Source of the DNA: an uncultured Acidobacteriota bacterium
GTDB lineage: Bacteria > Acidobacteriota > Thermoanaerobaculia > Multivoradales > UBA5704
DNA: 64,000 bases
Direction: 5' to 3'
Assembly: GCA_963770895.1 (NCBI GenBank)
Contig: CAVYRF010000002.1
Coordinates: 5,632,001 to 5,696,000, forward strand
Under the pieces are notes generated by a model that saw only the letters and a program-made list of their open reading frames with translations, did not search any database and was not told the origin of the DNA. Position numbers and translations under genes: made by a program. Shown here piece by piece: positions 9,692 to 19,318 of the stretch. How positions within the stretch are numbered: position 1 is the stretch's first letter; every line of letters begins with the position of its first letter.

Positions 9692-11080
9692 TTGGCAGAG
9701 GTTAAAATCCTCCGACGATTGCTCCACTACTTTGAGCAGTATGTCTTCGACAAAGCGTGGGATTGGCTTGTTCAACGCCCCATGCTCTCGGGCTTGGGAA
9801 CCGTGTTAGTTGGCCTCATTACCTATGTTGTAGGTAGTATTCGCGGCGCCGACCGTGGATGGCTAGGACTCGGTATTGGTATCTTTATAACTTTGGCATT
9901 GCTGTCAATCGCTGCGGGAATCGGAAATCTTCGGGCCAAGCGTGATGCTGCGCCGACGGGCAGACCCGTAACTCCGCAGCCAGAACCACCTTACGCGACA
10001 CCTGCTGCGCCGACTGAGATAGACAGTGGCGAGCAAGCTAGAATTGACCGAGATCGCCCGAGCATTGATCGCTTCCGGGAAGGACACAACAGAGTTGGCG
10101 GGGCAGTGATCTTCGCCTATCAAGAGGCGGTTCCTGGGTTGCTCCTCGGCCCGTCGGATGGCAACTTGGCATATACGTTGCTCTACAACAGCCTTTTTCG
10201 GGACCGTCTTGTGCCCTCATGCAAGAACGCCTGGGAAAGAATAGAAAGCGACATCGGCGAGCCCCCAGCCCCGCTGGCGACTTTGATTACAGACCTTCAT
10301 GATCTTCTTGGAGCTTATGCAGTGCTCGTGGGTCACATCGAACGAGGCGGCAGGGCCATTTTAGGGCTACGCGATTTTTACGAATCTGAATACTACGCAG
10401 AGCTTCGCAGAAGGCATCGGGAATGCCTTATGGAGCTTCAACGGGTGATCCAAACGTCGGGGTTTCGCGAGCTTTACAACAGCCTCGGACCGCTTGGCGA
10501 TCTGCTGTTGGTGGAGCCATCTCCCGTAGGCCCGCGAATCACCTTAAATGGGGGGGGCGCATTTAATGTAAAGCGAGTCACTTGGCACCCAACAAACGGA
10601 GCCATGTTTGACACAGACGTACTCAGCGTAAGACTCTGGAATGACCCTAGAAGCCGTGAGGATACTGCTGCCGCAACTGGCTTAACTGTCGAGTGCACGT
10701 GCCAGGGGCCTAATCTTGATCTGCCTTGGCTCCACACTCGGCTTGACTATCCCATTCAATCGATTCAAATGGCTCGGGGAGAGTTGCCGACGCTTATCTA
10801 CGATTTCGGAGTGGGCGAGTGGAAAATGTTCAACTTGATCATTAAGGAGCCAGAGTCAAGCGATTGCTGTTTGTATAACAATGACAGCTTCCAGCACCCG
10901 CGTGTTCAGAATCCGGCATGGAGAATCGGCCCAGGCGCGTACAAGGTTATCGTTCGGGTAACCGGAGTAAGAGTGAGAGAGCAGTTTGAGTGTGGTTTCC
11001 AAAACCCAGGTCAGGGTTGCCCACTTGTGGTGAAGTCTTTTAGGCAGTTTTCTCTGGAGGAAATCTTAGCGGCCACCTAA
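9692..11080 (+). CDS. 2-TM membrane protein of unknown function (transposon cargo)
   Basis: 462-aa low-GC ORF with two N-terminal TM segments; start uncertain. Confidence 0.65.
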   Translation: MAEVKILRRLLHYFEQYVFDKAWDWLVQRPMLSGLGTVLVGLITYVVGSIRGADRGWLGLGIGIFITLALLSIAAGIGNLRAKRDAAPTGRPVTPQPEPPYATPAAPTEIDSGEQARIDRDRPSIDRFREGHNRVGGAVIFAYQEAVPGLLLGPSDGNLAYTLLYNSLFRDRLVPSCKNAWERIESDIGEPPAPLATLITDLHDLLGAYAVLVGHIERGGRAILGLRDFYESEYYAELRRRHRECLMELQRVIQTSGFRELYNSLGPLGDLLLVEPSPVGPRITLNGGGAFNVKRVTWHPTNGAMFDTDVLSVRLWNDPRSREDTAAATGLTVECTCQGPNLDLPWLHTRLDYPIQSIQMARGELPTLIYDFGVGEWKMFNLIIKEPESSDCCLYNNDSFQHPRVQNPAWRIGPGAYKVIVRVTGVRVREQFECGFQNPGQGCPLVVKSFRQFSLEEILAAT

Positions 11081-11117
11081 ACCGGACGCGCAGGCAAGTG
11101 AAATGCGAATCATTGCC

Positions 11118-11294
11118 TTAAGGTTCTTCCGGCTCGCCTCGCTCTTTCGCCTCGCTCCCCTTTGAGGACGGCTTTACAGATAGCAATGCCTTCATCGCTT
11201 CATCAAAGCTCAGCGGATGCAGGCTCACCGGGCCGGCTCTTTTCTTCCTCTTACGAGGAGCAGCCGGCTTCTTCGGGGAACCGGCGCCCGTCAC
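11118..11294 (-). CDS. 58-aa basic protein coupled to the transposase (not in ORF track)
   Basis: GTG overlaps the transposase TGA; MTGAGSPKKPAAPRKRKKRAGPVSLHPLSFDEAMKALLSVKP... Confidence 0.6.
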   Translation of the reverse strand: MTGAGSPKKPAAPRKRKKRAGPVSLHPLSFDEAMKALLSVKPSSKGSEAKERGEPEEP

Positions 11295-12181
11295 GATCCC
11301 GCCACAACCGCCGAGAAGATGTCATCGTTCTTCCGGTTGTTGTGCCGGAACGAGAACTCGTTGAGGTAGAGCGGCAGGTAGGTCTTGGAGACGTGGTGGA
11401 AGCTCCCCATGATGCCCCGCTTGATCAGCGACCAAAAGCTGTCGATCGTGCAGGTGTGGACCTCGCCGCGGACGTACTCGCCGGCCGAGTGGTTCACGAA
11501 GTCGTGAGGGCGCTTCCGGCCGAGCCGCTTGTAGGTCTGAAGCTCATCCGTCGCGACCAGGGAGACGCGATCGGAAACCGTCCGGTCTACGAAGCCCTCC
11601 AGGGTGGCGGCGTCGGTCGCCTCGATCATCTGGCAGACGACATTCCCCTTGCGCGAGATGGCGCCGATGACGCCCACCTTGCCGGCGGGGCCGCGCCCGC
11701 CCTGGCCCTTCTTGCTCCCGCCGCCAACGCCGCCGCCGTGCCGGTTCTTGGCCTTGCCGCCGACGTAGGTTTCATCGACCTCGACAACACCGATGAGCAG
11801 CTTGAAGTCGGGGTCTTGCATGGCGGCCCGGATGCGGTGGCACATGTACCAGGCGGTGCGGTACGCGCCCATGCCGATGTGCCGCTGCACCTGCAAGGCG
11901 CTCATCCCCTTCTTCGCCTGGCACATGATCAAGATCACCTGGAACCACTCGCGCAGCGGGCACTTGGTGTTCTCGAAGATGGTGCCGGTCAGCGGCGAGA
12001 ACCGGTAGCCGTTCGGCGCGCACTTCTTGCACTGCCACTTGAAGGGCTGCTTCAGGGCGTAGACGTGATCGTTGCCGCACCGGGGGCAGGTCACCCCGGC
12101 CGACCAGCGCATCTGGACGATGTAGGCGAGGCAGTCTTCCTGCGTTCTGAAGCGCTCTTGAATCTGCCGGATGGTGAACAT
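11291..12181 (-). CDS. IS1595-family transposase (Zn ribbon + ISXO2-like DDE domain)
   Basis: CPRC...CKKC, VEVDETYVGG, TDE, VNHS..EYVRGEVHT, YLNEFSFRHNNR. Confidence 0.95.
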   Translation of the reverse strand: MFTIRQIQERFRTQEDCLAYIVQMRWSAGVTCPRCGNDHVYALKQPFKWQCKKCAPNGYRFSPLTGTIFENTKCPLREWFQVILIMCQAKKGMSALQVQRHIGMGAYRTAWYMCHRIRAAMQDPDFKLLIGVVEVDETYVGGKAKNRHGGGVGGGSKKGQGGRGPAGKVGVIGAISRKGNVVCQMIEATDAATLEGFVDRTVSDRVSLVATDELQTYKRLGRKRPHDFVNHSAGEYVRGEVHTCTIDSFWSLIKRGIMGSFHHVSKTYLPLYLNEFSFRHNNRKNDDIFSAVVAGS

Positions 12182-12187
12182 GAGCCA

Positions 12188-12216
12188 AGTGTACGCCGGC
12201 CCGGCTTCGGTGTCAA
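12188..12216 (-). promoter_or_regulatory. Transposase promoter formed by an internal TIR-like copy
   Basis: Minus strand TTGACA-17bp-TACACT, 6 nt before the ATG. Confidence 0.75.
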
Positions 12217-12385
12217 CAGGTTCATTAAAATGTCTAGCGAGGCTAGGCTATGTTGGCCGCGCTTGGCGGCCTGGTAAGGACTGGCACGTATGCGCGTCTG
12301 TTGGCGGGCAGGCGGGACTCTACGCGGCAACCCGCCCCCACAGACAATGATATTATGATGGGCTTAAGGGAGCGGAGGGTACTGA

Positions 12386-12694
12386 GTGCCAGACGCGACG
12401 GGCCAGCAGAATGCCAGCGGTCAAGCCTTGCTTGTTGTAGAGATCTGGCGAGATGTGCGGCCGTATCTCCGAGCCGCAATTTCTGACCTACTCGTGGCTG
12501 TTATCCTCTGGGGTGGTCTTTGGATATTCAAGCGGGTGACCTCGCTGACCCCCCTCGACGGCTGGCTTGGGAAGTACCTTGAGGGTATCCACTCGATCGC
12601 CGCGCTTCTTGGCTTCTCTGTGTACTCAGGACTGTTCGCATGGGATATCATCGTAATTCGAATTGAAAAAACAAGCCGGGGAAAGAAGACATGA
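12386..12694 (+). CDS. Small 2-TM protein
   Basis: Two hydrophobic helices; ATGA-coupled to the next gene. Confidence 0.6.
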   Translation: MPDATGQQNASGQALLVVEIWRDVRPYLRAAISDLLVAVILWGGLWIFKRVTSLTPLDGWLGKYLEGIHSIAALLGFSVYSGLFAWDIIVIRIEKTSRGKKT

Positions 12695-13614
12695 CGCTGC
12701 ATCTTTTCTCAACTCGTACGGGCCGCGAGCTGGCCGAGAAGGGGCTTGTCGCGGGTTTCTTCTACGTTCTTGCTCTGCTCATTTCAACAGTACTAGTTCT
12801 GAATGGGCTCTCGGCGCCCATTGTGGGAGCAACCTGTGCGGGAGCTGTTGCTGTCGCTATTCCGCTCGCAATGTGGTGGAGATACCATCTAACGACAAGA
12901 AGAAAGCCATGTCCGTCGCCGAAGCAAGAAGCCATTCACCAAGCTAACAGTTCGGTTCACCAGGCGCACTCGGCTGGCCTCGGGATGGCTAGTAGCCAGC
13001 TTGTTGGCAACGAGGTGAGAGCCGTGGAGCCGGAACCTCTCAGTACAGATCAGCGTCTCGTTGTTGTTTTTGCAAGTATGGCTGACCGTAACTTCTCGCG
13101 TGTCCAACTTGACCGTGAGATTCGGTTGGTAGACCAGGCCATCGCTTCAGCTTCGCCTGCATATAGATGCGAGTTCCATCTCGAACGGCTAACGAAAGTA
13201 TCGCAGTTGGAAGCTCGCCTCTTGCAGACGAGACCTCATGTCCTTCACTTCTATGGTCACGGCCAAAGGGGGGAGGAAATGGTTAGGGCGCGCCGGCGGT
13301 TTTTTGCTTTTAACCCAGGGCTTCGCTGTGTAGTTCTTGTCCCTTCCCATTCTACCCTTGAAGTCGGCGCGATTGCTGAACAAGTTGACTGCATTATCAG
13401 GTTTTCGGCGGAAGCAAATGACCTAGAGGTGCGGAGCTTTAGTGCTGCGTTTTATCGGGACCTTGCATCAGGAGGCAGTGTGTGGGATGCATTCGAGCTG
13501 GCGCGAGCCAACATAAAGGGACGCGCAGGCAGAAACTTTCCTCGCCTTCTCGCTCCGCGATGCGATCCGGCTTCAATTGTCTTCGTCGCGCCGCCTCACA
13601 AGCATCGGCATTAG
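12691..13614 (+). CDS. 2-TM protein with degenerate CHAT (caspase-like) domain
   Basis: RPHVLHFYGHG and FSAAFYRDLASGGSVWDAFELA; usual VVLNAC motif replaced by VVLVPS. Confidence 0.65.
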   Translation: MTLHLFSTRTGRELAEKGLVAGFFYVLALLISTVLVLNGLSAPIVGATCAGAVAVAIPLAMWWRYHLTTRRKPCPSPKQEAIHQANSSVHQAHSAGLGMASSQLVGNEVRAVEPEPLSTDQRLVVVFASMADRNFSRVQLDREIRLVDQAIASASPAYRCEFHLERLTKVSQLEARLLQTRPHVLHFYGHGQRGEEMVRARRRFFAFNPGLRCVVLVPSHSTLEVGAIAEQVDCIIRFSAEANDLEVRSFSAAFYRDLASGGSVWDAFELARANIKGRAGRNFPRLLAPRCDPASIVFVAPPHKHRH

Positions 13615-13721
13615 CTTGTCTGCAAAATTCGGGCCTCTGGCCGGTGAACTTTGAGTGAGATGGATGTGCATAGGGGTACGGGCGACTAGCGGTGTCAACA
13701 GAGGCATAATCGCCAAAGCTA

Positions 13722-14887
13722 GTGTAGTGCGCCCTAATTAGGAATCCTTATATGCGGTTCGTACGTATCGTCCTGTGGGAGGATTGGGACGATGCGGATC
13801 GCACCGTTGGTTCTGGTTTCGCCGGAGGAAAGGCGGCAGTTGGAGGCCTATGCCCGAGGCCGCAGCACGCCGACGCGTCTGGTGCAGCGCGCGAAGATCG
13901 TCTTGCTGGCCGCCGAGGGCAAGGAGAATCGGGAAATTGCCGAAAGTCTTGGCATCATGCGGCATACCGTCGGACGTTGGCGGAGCCGCTTTTGCCAGTT
14001 CGGCCTGAGCGGGATCGAGAAAGACGCGCATCGAAGTGGGCGCCTGCCGAGCCTGTCCCAGGGCTTGCTACGGAAGATCGTGCGCAAGACAACGCAAGAG
14101 ACGCCGCAGGACGGCACTCATTGGAGCACGCGGAGCATGGCCGAGGCGGTCGGGGTCAGCGCCTCGACGGTGCGCCGGGTCTGGCAGCGGCACGGCCTCA
14201 AGCCTCATCGGGTGCGGACCTTCAAGCTGAGCAACGATCGACGCTTTGTCGAGAAAATGGAAGATGTCATCGCGCTCTATCTCAACCCGCCAGAGCACGC
14301 CCTCGTCTTGTGTGCCGATGAGAAGAGCCAGATCCAGGCTCTTGATCGGACTCAACCCGGCCTGCCGATGAAGAAGGGCCGCTGCGGCACGATGACGCAC
14401 GACTACAAGCGCAATGGCACCACGACGTTATTCGCGGCCTTGAGTACGCTGGACGGTAAAGTCATCGGTAGCTGCATGCCGAGGCACCGCCACCAGGAGT
14501 GGTTGAAGTTCCTCAAACAAATCGATCGGGAGACACCCGCAGCCAAGCAAATCCACCTGATCGCCGACAACTATGGCACCCACAAGCACGCGGTCGTTCT
14601 ACGCTGGATCGCTCGGCATCCGCGATTTCACCTTCATTTCACTCCGACCAGTGCCTCCTGGCTCAACATGGTCGAACGCTTCTTCCGACACCTGACCGAG
14701 AAGCAAATTTCCCGTGGAGTGTTCCGCAGTGTCGACCAGCTCGAATCCGCGATTCTGGGGGCGATCGAGCGGCACAACTCTGATCCTAAACCCTACATCT
14801 GGACGGCTAAGGCTGCTGACATCCTCGAAAAGGTCAAGAGAGCACGTCTCAGACTGAATAAGGTCCCATCTGTGTGACGCACTACAC
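13722..14887 (+). mobile_element. IS630-family insertion sequence
   Basis: Ends gtgtagtgcg.../...cgcactacac; TA at 13720-21 and 14888-89 within CTAG. Confidence 0.92.
13792..14877 (+). CDS. IS630 transposase
   Basis: [47 protein letters not shown]. Confidence 0.96.
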   Translation: MRIAPLVLVSPEERRQLEAYARGRSTPTRLVQRAKIVLLAAEGKENREIAESLGIMRHTVGRWRSRFCQFGLSGIEKDAHRSGRLPSLSQGLLRKIVRKTTQETPQDGTHWSTRSMAEAVGVSASTVRRVWQRHGLKPHRVRTFKLSNDRRFVEKMEDVIALYLNPPEHALVLCADEKSQIQALDRTQPGLPMKKGRCGTMTHDYKRNGTTTLFAALSTLDGKVIGSCMPRHRHQEWLKFLKQIDRETPAAKQIHLIADNYGTHKHAVVLRWIARHPRFHLHFTPTSASWLNMVERFFRHLTEKQISRGVFRSVDQLESAILGAIERHNSDPKPYIWTAKAADILEKVKRARLRLNKVPSV

Positions 14888-15350
14888 TAGACATCGCCCC
14901 CTTCGATACGGTGATTGTGGCGGTCGGCAGAAGGACCGCCCGCCCGCCTCTCCTCTAATCCCTCAACTGCGCAGAAGCGCCCACAGCCGGCAATCTCACC
15001 TGGCGCCGTAATTCGAGCGGCAAGGTCGGTCAAATCGCCGCCCGAATCGCGCCCGGAGCTGATCTCTTCACAAGGGAGGCCCGACGACACCCCCTACCCC
15101 GCACGAACAGGTTTGCAGGCCAAGCGCATAGCGGAACGTCTGAGATGACGGCGCGGCGGAGCCGCCCATTCGAATCCAGCCATCAGACCTTGCGCATGCC
15201 TTGCTAATTCCTCATGCGCCCGGAGCCATGAACGCATGGGCTTGTAGCAAAGGAGAGCAGGGGATAGGCTGAGATCAGGAAAGAGGGGACTGCTTTTACA
15301 GTGACAGCTGGCTGCGGCGACATCATCATCATCCTGGCGGAAGGTAAACA

Positions 15351-16067
15351 ATGCTGAGGCGATTGCTCCCGATCGGGCTTGCGATGCTCGCGGTGTTCCA
15401 CGCGACCAGTTGGGCACACAGCAGTAACGGCCATGGGGGTAGCGGCCATGGTGGTAGCAGCAGCACCTCGCAACCCAGCAGTACCAAAAGTGCGGACGAT
15501 TCTGGAAGCAAGACCGTTTATGTCCATGGGTATGTTCGCAAGGATGGCACGTACGTACGTCCCTACTACCGCGCAGCGCCGTATGACGGCTTAGCCCTTA
15601 ACTCCTCCAGCCGCCACGGTGGCGATCTTGAAATCATCCCGCGCTCCGCGGAGCCGAGCATTGCTGGGTACGCTACTGCAAGGCTTTTGGACGGCACCAC
15701 AATTGCGATGCGCGGTCTTCCCTCAATCCGCGGTCGGATGTTCGCCTTCACTGATGACAACGGGCGCTATGTGTCGCTGCCGCTCCGGGAGGTCGCATGG
15801 ACAGATAGCGGCACCCGCCACGACTGTATTACCTGTGCGCGGGATGCCGATGGCCACATCGTGCATAGCAAGGCTGCGGAGACAGCCTTCGAGCGCCTGC
15901 ATCCCTGCCCTGTTGCTTCGGTGGGGAACTCCTGTCCAGGCTATGTGATCGACCACATCACGCCCCTGGCATGTGGAGGCGAGGACACCAACAATAATAT
16001 GCAGTGGCAAACGGTTGCCGAGGGCAAAGCAAAGGATGAATGGGAGAGGAAGGCTTGCGGCCGATAA
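15351..16067 (+). CDS. Signal-peptide-bearing HNH endonuclease-like protein
   Basis: Signal peptide; VHGYVRKDGTYVRPYYR; CPGYVIDHITPLACGGEDTNNNMQWQ. Confidence 0.75.
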   Translation: MLRRLLPIGLAMLAVFHATSWAHSSNGHGGSGHGGSSSTSQPSSTKSADDSGSKTVYVHGYVRKDGTYVRPYYRAAPYDGLALNSSSRHGGDLEIIPRSAEPSIAGYATARLLDGTTIAMRGLPSIRGRMFAFTDDNGRYVSLPLREVAWTDSGTRHDCITCARDADGHIVHSKAAETAFERLHPCPVASVGNSCPGYVIDHITPLACGGEDTNNNMQWQTVAEGKAKDEWERKACGR

Positions 16068-16412
16068 CCTAGCTCAGCCAACGAGCGGACTAACCTTTTC
16101 GTCCGGGCGCGAGAGCGATTAGGTCCGGCGGCGAGCCGTCAGGAGATCCGCTAAGTACCAGTTGGACTCAACAGCTTCGTCGTAGGTTGCCGCATCCACC
16201 ACTTGCTGTCGCCATCAATAGATGCTGTGCGATAGCGCATCCAGCTTGCCACTGACCTCCTATTGCAATTTCGGCAAGCCTATCCTTGGACATGTGAAGA
16301 CGCTCTCGGCCGGCTACGGATTGCTTCGTCTCCGATGGTGGCCTTGAGGGGCAGCGCCACGCTGCTCCCCTCGAAATCCTTCAGGATTAAGCGCAGCCGA
16401 TGGAGATCAAGA

Positions 16413-17219
16413 ATGGAAATCGTACCTTGCTTCGATGCTCAACACCTGACATCAATCGCGAAGATCATGGGGGACACGAATGATGGTCTTACGGGTCAGG
16501 AAATAGAATACCTGCTGCGGGACTGTCGCATCTATGACCCCGACCCCGGTATGACCAAATGGAAGCGTCTCTTCAATGCCTTTGTGGCAACACAGAATGC
16601 AAAGAAGGTTGGTAACCATGTAGTGATGTTCATTAACAGGGCGATGAACCCTGTCCAATATGGCTCTCGCCCCGTGGTCTTTCGCGCTCGGCAGGACCGA
16701 CTAAACGTTGTGCTTGCGTTTAGCGGGATGCGCCTGGGCGATGAGGGCAAGGTCACGCGAAGCCAGAAGACCGGTACACTTGATCAAGCTCTGGAGCGTG
16801 CCGGCCGCTTACATCTGGCACTGACACAGCGAGAGGTTCATCGAGATGTCTTGGCTTATTGTCGCGCCGAGCTTCTTCAGGAGAACTACTTCCACGCGGT
16901 CCTGGAGGCGACCAAGAGCATCGCGGCCAAAATCCGGTCCCTTTCGGGCCTCGGCGGCGATGGCGGAGGGCTCGTTCAGGCTGCTTTTGGGCTTGGCCAA
17001 GGCAACCCCGTACTGGCGATAAACTCTCTAGCGAACGATACGGACAAAGGAGAACAACGAGGCTTCATCAACCTACTCGTAGGCTTGTTTGGGACCATTC
17101 GTAATCCCTTGGCGCACAACGCTAAAGTTGAGTGGGCAATGAGCGAACAAGATGCACTGGATATTTTAACCTTGGCTTCTCTTGTACACCGGAAGCTCGA
17201 TAGTGCCTACAGACCATGA
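16413..17219 (+). CDS. TIGR02391-family protein (C-terminal RxxxxH, HEPN-like)
   Basis: GLTGQEI, TKWKRL, ENYFHAVLEATK, EQRGF, RNPLAH; ggag RBS. Confidence 0.8.
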   Translation: MEIVPCFDAQHLTSIAKIMGDTNDGLTGQEIEYLLRDCRIYDPDPGMTKWKRLFNAFVATQNAKKVGNHVVMFINRAMNPVQYGSRPVVFRARQDRLNVVLAFSGMRLGDEGKVTRSQKTGTLDQALERAGRLHLALTQREVHRDVLAYCRAELLQENYFHAVLEATKSIAAKIRSLSGLGGDGGGLVQAAFGLGQGNPVLAINSLANDTDKGEQRGFINLLVGLFGTIRNPLAHNAKVEWAMSEQDALDILTLASLVHRKLDSAYRP

Positions 17220-17431
17220 GCGTCATTCTCCCTGGGCATGGATGTTCCGCGGCAACATGGCCGCTCACTATAATTCTCTCGATCGGCTCGGCGCTATCAC
17301 TGGATAACTCCGTACGGTTACGAAGCCCCCCCTCCGCGCAGCGCGGTTGCATCGGCTCTTCTGGTGCAGGTGGCCGGATACGCTCACTCATCATATTCGC
17401 TCCCTGATCGGCACCGCGACAGCGGCTATAC

Positions 17432-17459
17432 TTGACAAGCTGCGCCAACTGCTTATATT
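17432..17459 (+). promoter_or_regulatory. Sigma70-type promoter upstream of xis-rep
   Basis: TTGACA-16bp-TATATT. Confidence 0.6.
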
Positions 17460-17585
17460 AGAGCCCAGCACTGGCTTTTATTGTGGCTACCGACGGTGGT
17501 CAGGACCCCCTCCTCGGTAGCTGTTCAGCAGCACTCTTCAAGCCAGACCCAGGCAGCACGGCATTGTAATCGTGCGCCGACAACG

Positions 17586-17621
17586 GAGATCCACAGCTAT
17601 GTAATTGGCGGATCTCTTTTT
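17586..17621 (+). terminator. Terminator/attenuator-like hairpin in xis-rep leader
   Basis: gagatcc...ggatctc followed by ttttt. Confidence 0.5.
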
Positions 17622-17637
17622 GGACTGGAGAGCAATA

Positions 17638-17832
17638 ATGACAGCGCCAGAAAATCTAAGAACCGTGAAGCAGCTTGTGCAGGAATGTCCAGCTTTTTCT
17701 GAACAGGGACTCCGCTGGCTAATCTTCAACGCGAACAGGAACGGCTTTTCGGCTGTCATAGTGAGGGTGGGAAGACGCGTTCTACTTGACCGCGAAGAAT
17801 TCAGAAGATTTCTGGCAGCGAATTCACGATGA
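17638..17832 (+). CDS. Excisionase-like wHTH DNA-binding protein
   Basis: LRTVKQL...PAFSEQGLRWLIF...RVGRRVLLDREEF; ggag RBS. Confidence 0.75.
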   Translation: MTAPENLRTVKQLVQECPAFSEQGLRWLIFNANRNGFSAVIVRVGRRVLLDREEFRRFLAANSR

Positions 17833-19049
17833 AAATTCCTGCCAGCAATCCAGTCACGTCTTTGCCGCCGATTCGTCGGATCGTGTTTGAGAATGTTCTT
17901 CCGGTGATCTTGTTCGGAGACGGTTCCCTTCATGAACCTCTTCCGCCGACGTTGATCAGCTACATCAGGTGGCAGGTGCGCCTCCTTCATCGTGCTCGGA
18001 GATACCAGCGCCCCCGCATGGATCGGGACTGCCCTTCCCGCCTGGAAATCGAGTTGTCGCTGACGCTGCCCAAGTGGTCAGTTCGGCGAAAGATTACGTG
18101 TGGCGGCAGGTTCTGCCCCTCTTGTTCGCCAGCGAGGGCACGACGGGCAGCCACAAGGGTGGCGGAGAGATACAGCAAGCATGCTGAGCAAGGCCGACTC
18201 GGGACCTCGCTGTTCGTGACTTTAAGGGGGTCGGAGTGCGCATGGGACGACGTACGGGAGAGCGTCGAAACTCTTCTCAGAAATGCTAGACGGCTGTTTC
18301 ATGTCAAGTCTTTTCCAGGTACGGGCCTTATAGCGAACGTCGATTTCACCCGCTTATCTGAAGACAGAATTCGTCCCCATCTCCACGTCATCGTTCATGT
18401 CCAGAAGAGCTACTACAACAGCAGACGATATTGGTCGAGTGATCGATGGGCTGAGGTTTGGGGGGGCATCAGCGGAGTGCGAGAGACGGGATCGATAAAG
18501 GTGCAGAGGCTGCCCGAGGTCGATGACGTTAGTCGTGCTGCGAGATATTCGCTGTCTCTCATCACGAATGACAATCCCGGAGACTGGACGGTTGAGGAGC
18601 CCATGCGCCTCCAGACGCTAATTCACGGCATAAAGCTTACTAGAACCTATGGCGACTTAAGGGCTCCTAAAGTAGGATCGCCAAAGAAGCAGTCGAACAA
18701 GAAGGTTAAGAGCAAATCCAGGTTCAAGGTGAGAGCCGATGGTACTGACGGAGTTGGTGAACAACGGAAGGACTTGGTCACGAGCAACAGGACCATCAGA
18801 CAAAACCTGGATAAAAACCAACGCGTAAAGCACTCTTCGGACGCAGCTTATGCCGGACTCCTCAAAGAACGATATGAATACAAATACGGGACAAGGACAG
18901 GGAAGAACAGAGCCTTTCGCGTGCGAGTAGGCCGTCTCCCCGTCTACCCAACTAACGAGAACATTGAACGCGCTTTGCAGGAATTCTCTGTGGCGTTAGC
19001 AGCCCGGAACAAGCAGTATCAACAACATCCGGATGAAAGCGGGACGTAG
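17829..19049 (+). CDS. Rolling-circle replication initiator (HUH, Rep_1/pC194-like)
   Basis: CGGRFCPSC, motif I LFVTL, motif II PHLHVIV, W..W segment, motif III ARYSL. Confidence 0.75.
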   Translation: MKIPASNPVTSLPPIRRIVFENVLPVILFGDGSLHEPLPPTLISYIRWQVRLLHRARRYQRPRMDRDCPSRLEIELSLTLPKWSVRRKITCGGRFCPSCSPARARRAATRVAERYSKHAEQGRLGTSLFVTLRGSECAWDDVRESVETLLRNARRLFHVKSFPGTGLIANVDFTRLSEDRIRPHLHVIVHVQKSYYNSRRYWSSDRWAEVWGGISGVRETGSIKVQRLPEVDDVSRAARYSLSLITNDNPGDWTVEEPMRLQTLIHGIKLTRTYGDLRAPKVGSPKKQSNKKVKSKSRFKVRADGTDGVGEQRKDLVTSNRTIRQNLDKNQRVKHSSDAAYAGLLKERYEYKYGTRTGKNRAFRVRVGRLPVYPTNENIERALQEFSVALAARNKQYQQHPDESGT

Positions 19050-19318
19050 CACCCTGCTGGCGCAGAGTACCCCCTCCCGGGGAGGGGCTGGTTGCTCCTA
19101 AGCTCATCGGGACCAACCGCGATTACCCCGGTGGCCCCGCCCCGGCTGTTTCGCTCGTACAACCCTCCCCATCGAAGCGCGTCCGCCGGCTCCGCCCAGC
19201 TACTCGCTCAGCGGTTGTTGCTGACGTTGCTGTTCTACTTCGAGCCAGCTCCACCGCCGATAGTTGAGCCGCACACCTTCAGCACTCCAGGGGCAGGCTG
19301 TCGGTGGCGACCGCAGGA

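Larger units (their letters stand above)
8664..13714. mobile_element. IS1595-family cargo transposon, 5051 bp
   Basis: Perfect 24-bp TIRs ggcgattatgcctctgttgacacc (8664-8687 / 13691-13714); 8-bp TSD aaagctag (8656-8663 / 13715-13722); internal IS1595 transposase. Confidence 0.92.

Noticed and set aside
14891-15350. Short ORFs right of IS630
   Set aside because: No recognisable motifs or RBS; probably intergenic or decayed
16060-16130. Possible attC site after the HNH gene
   Set aside because: No matching GTTRRRY end, no second copy and no integron integrase
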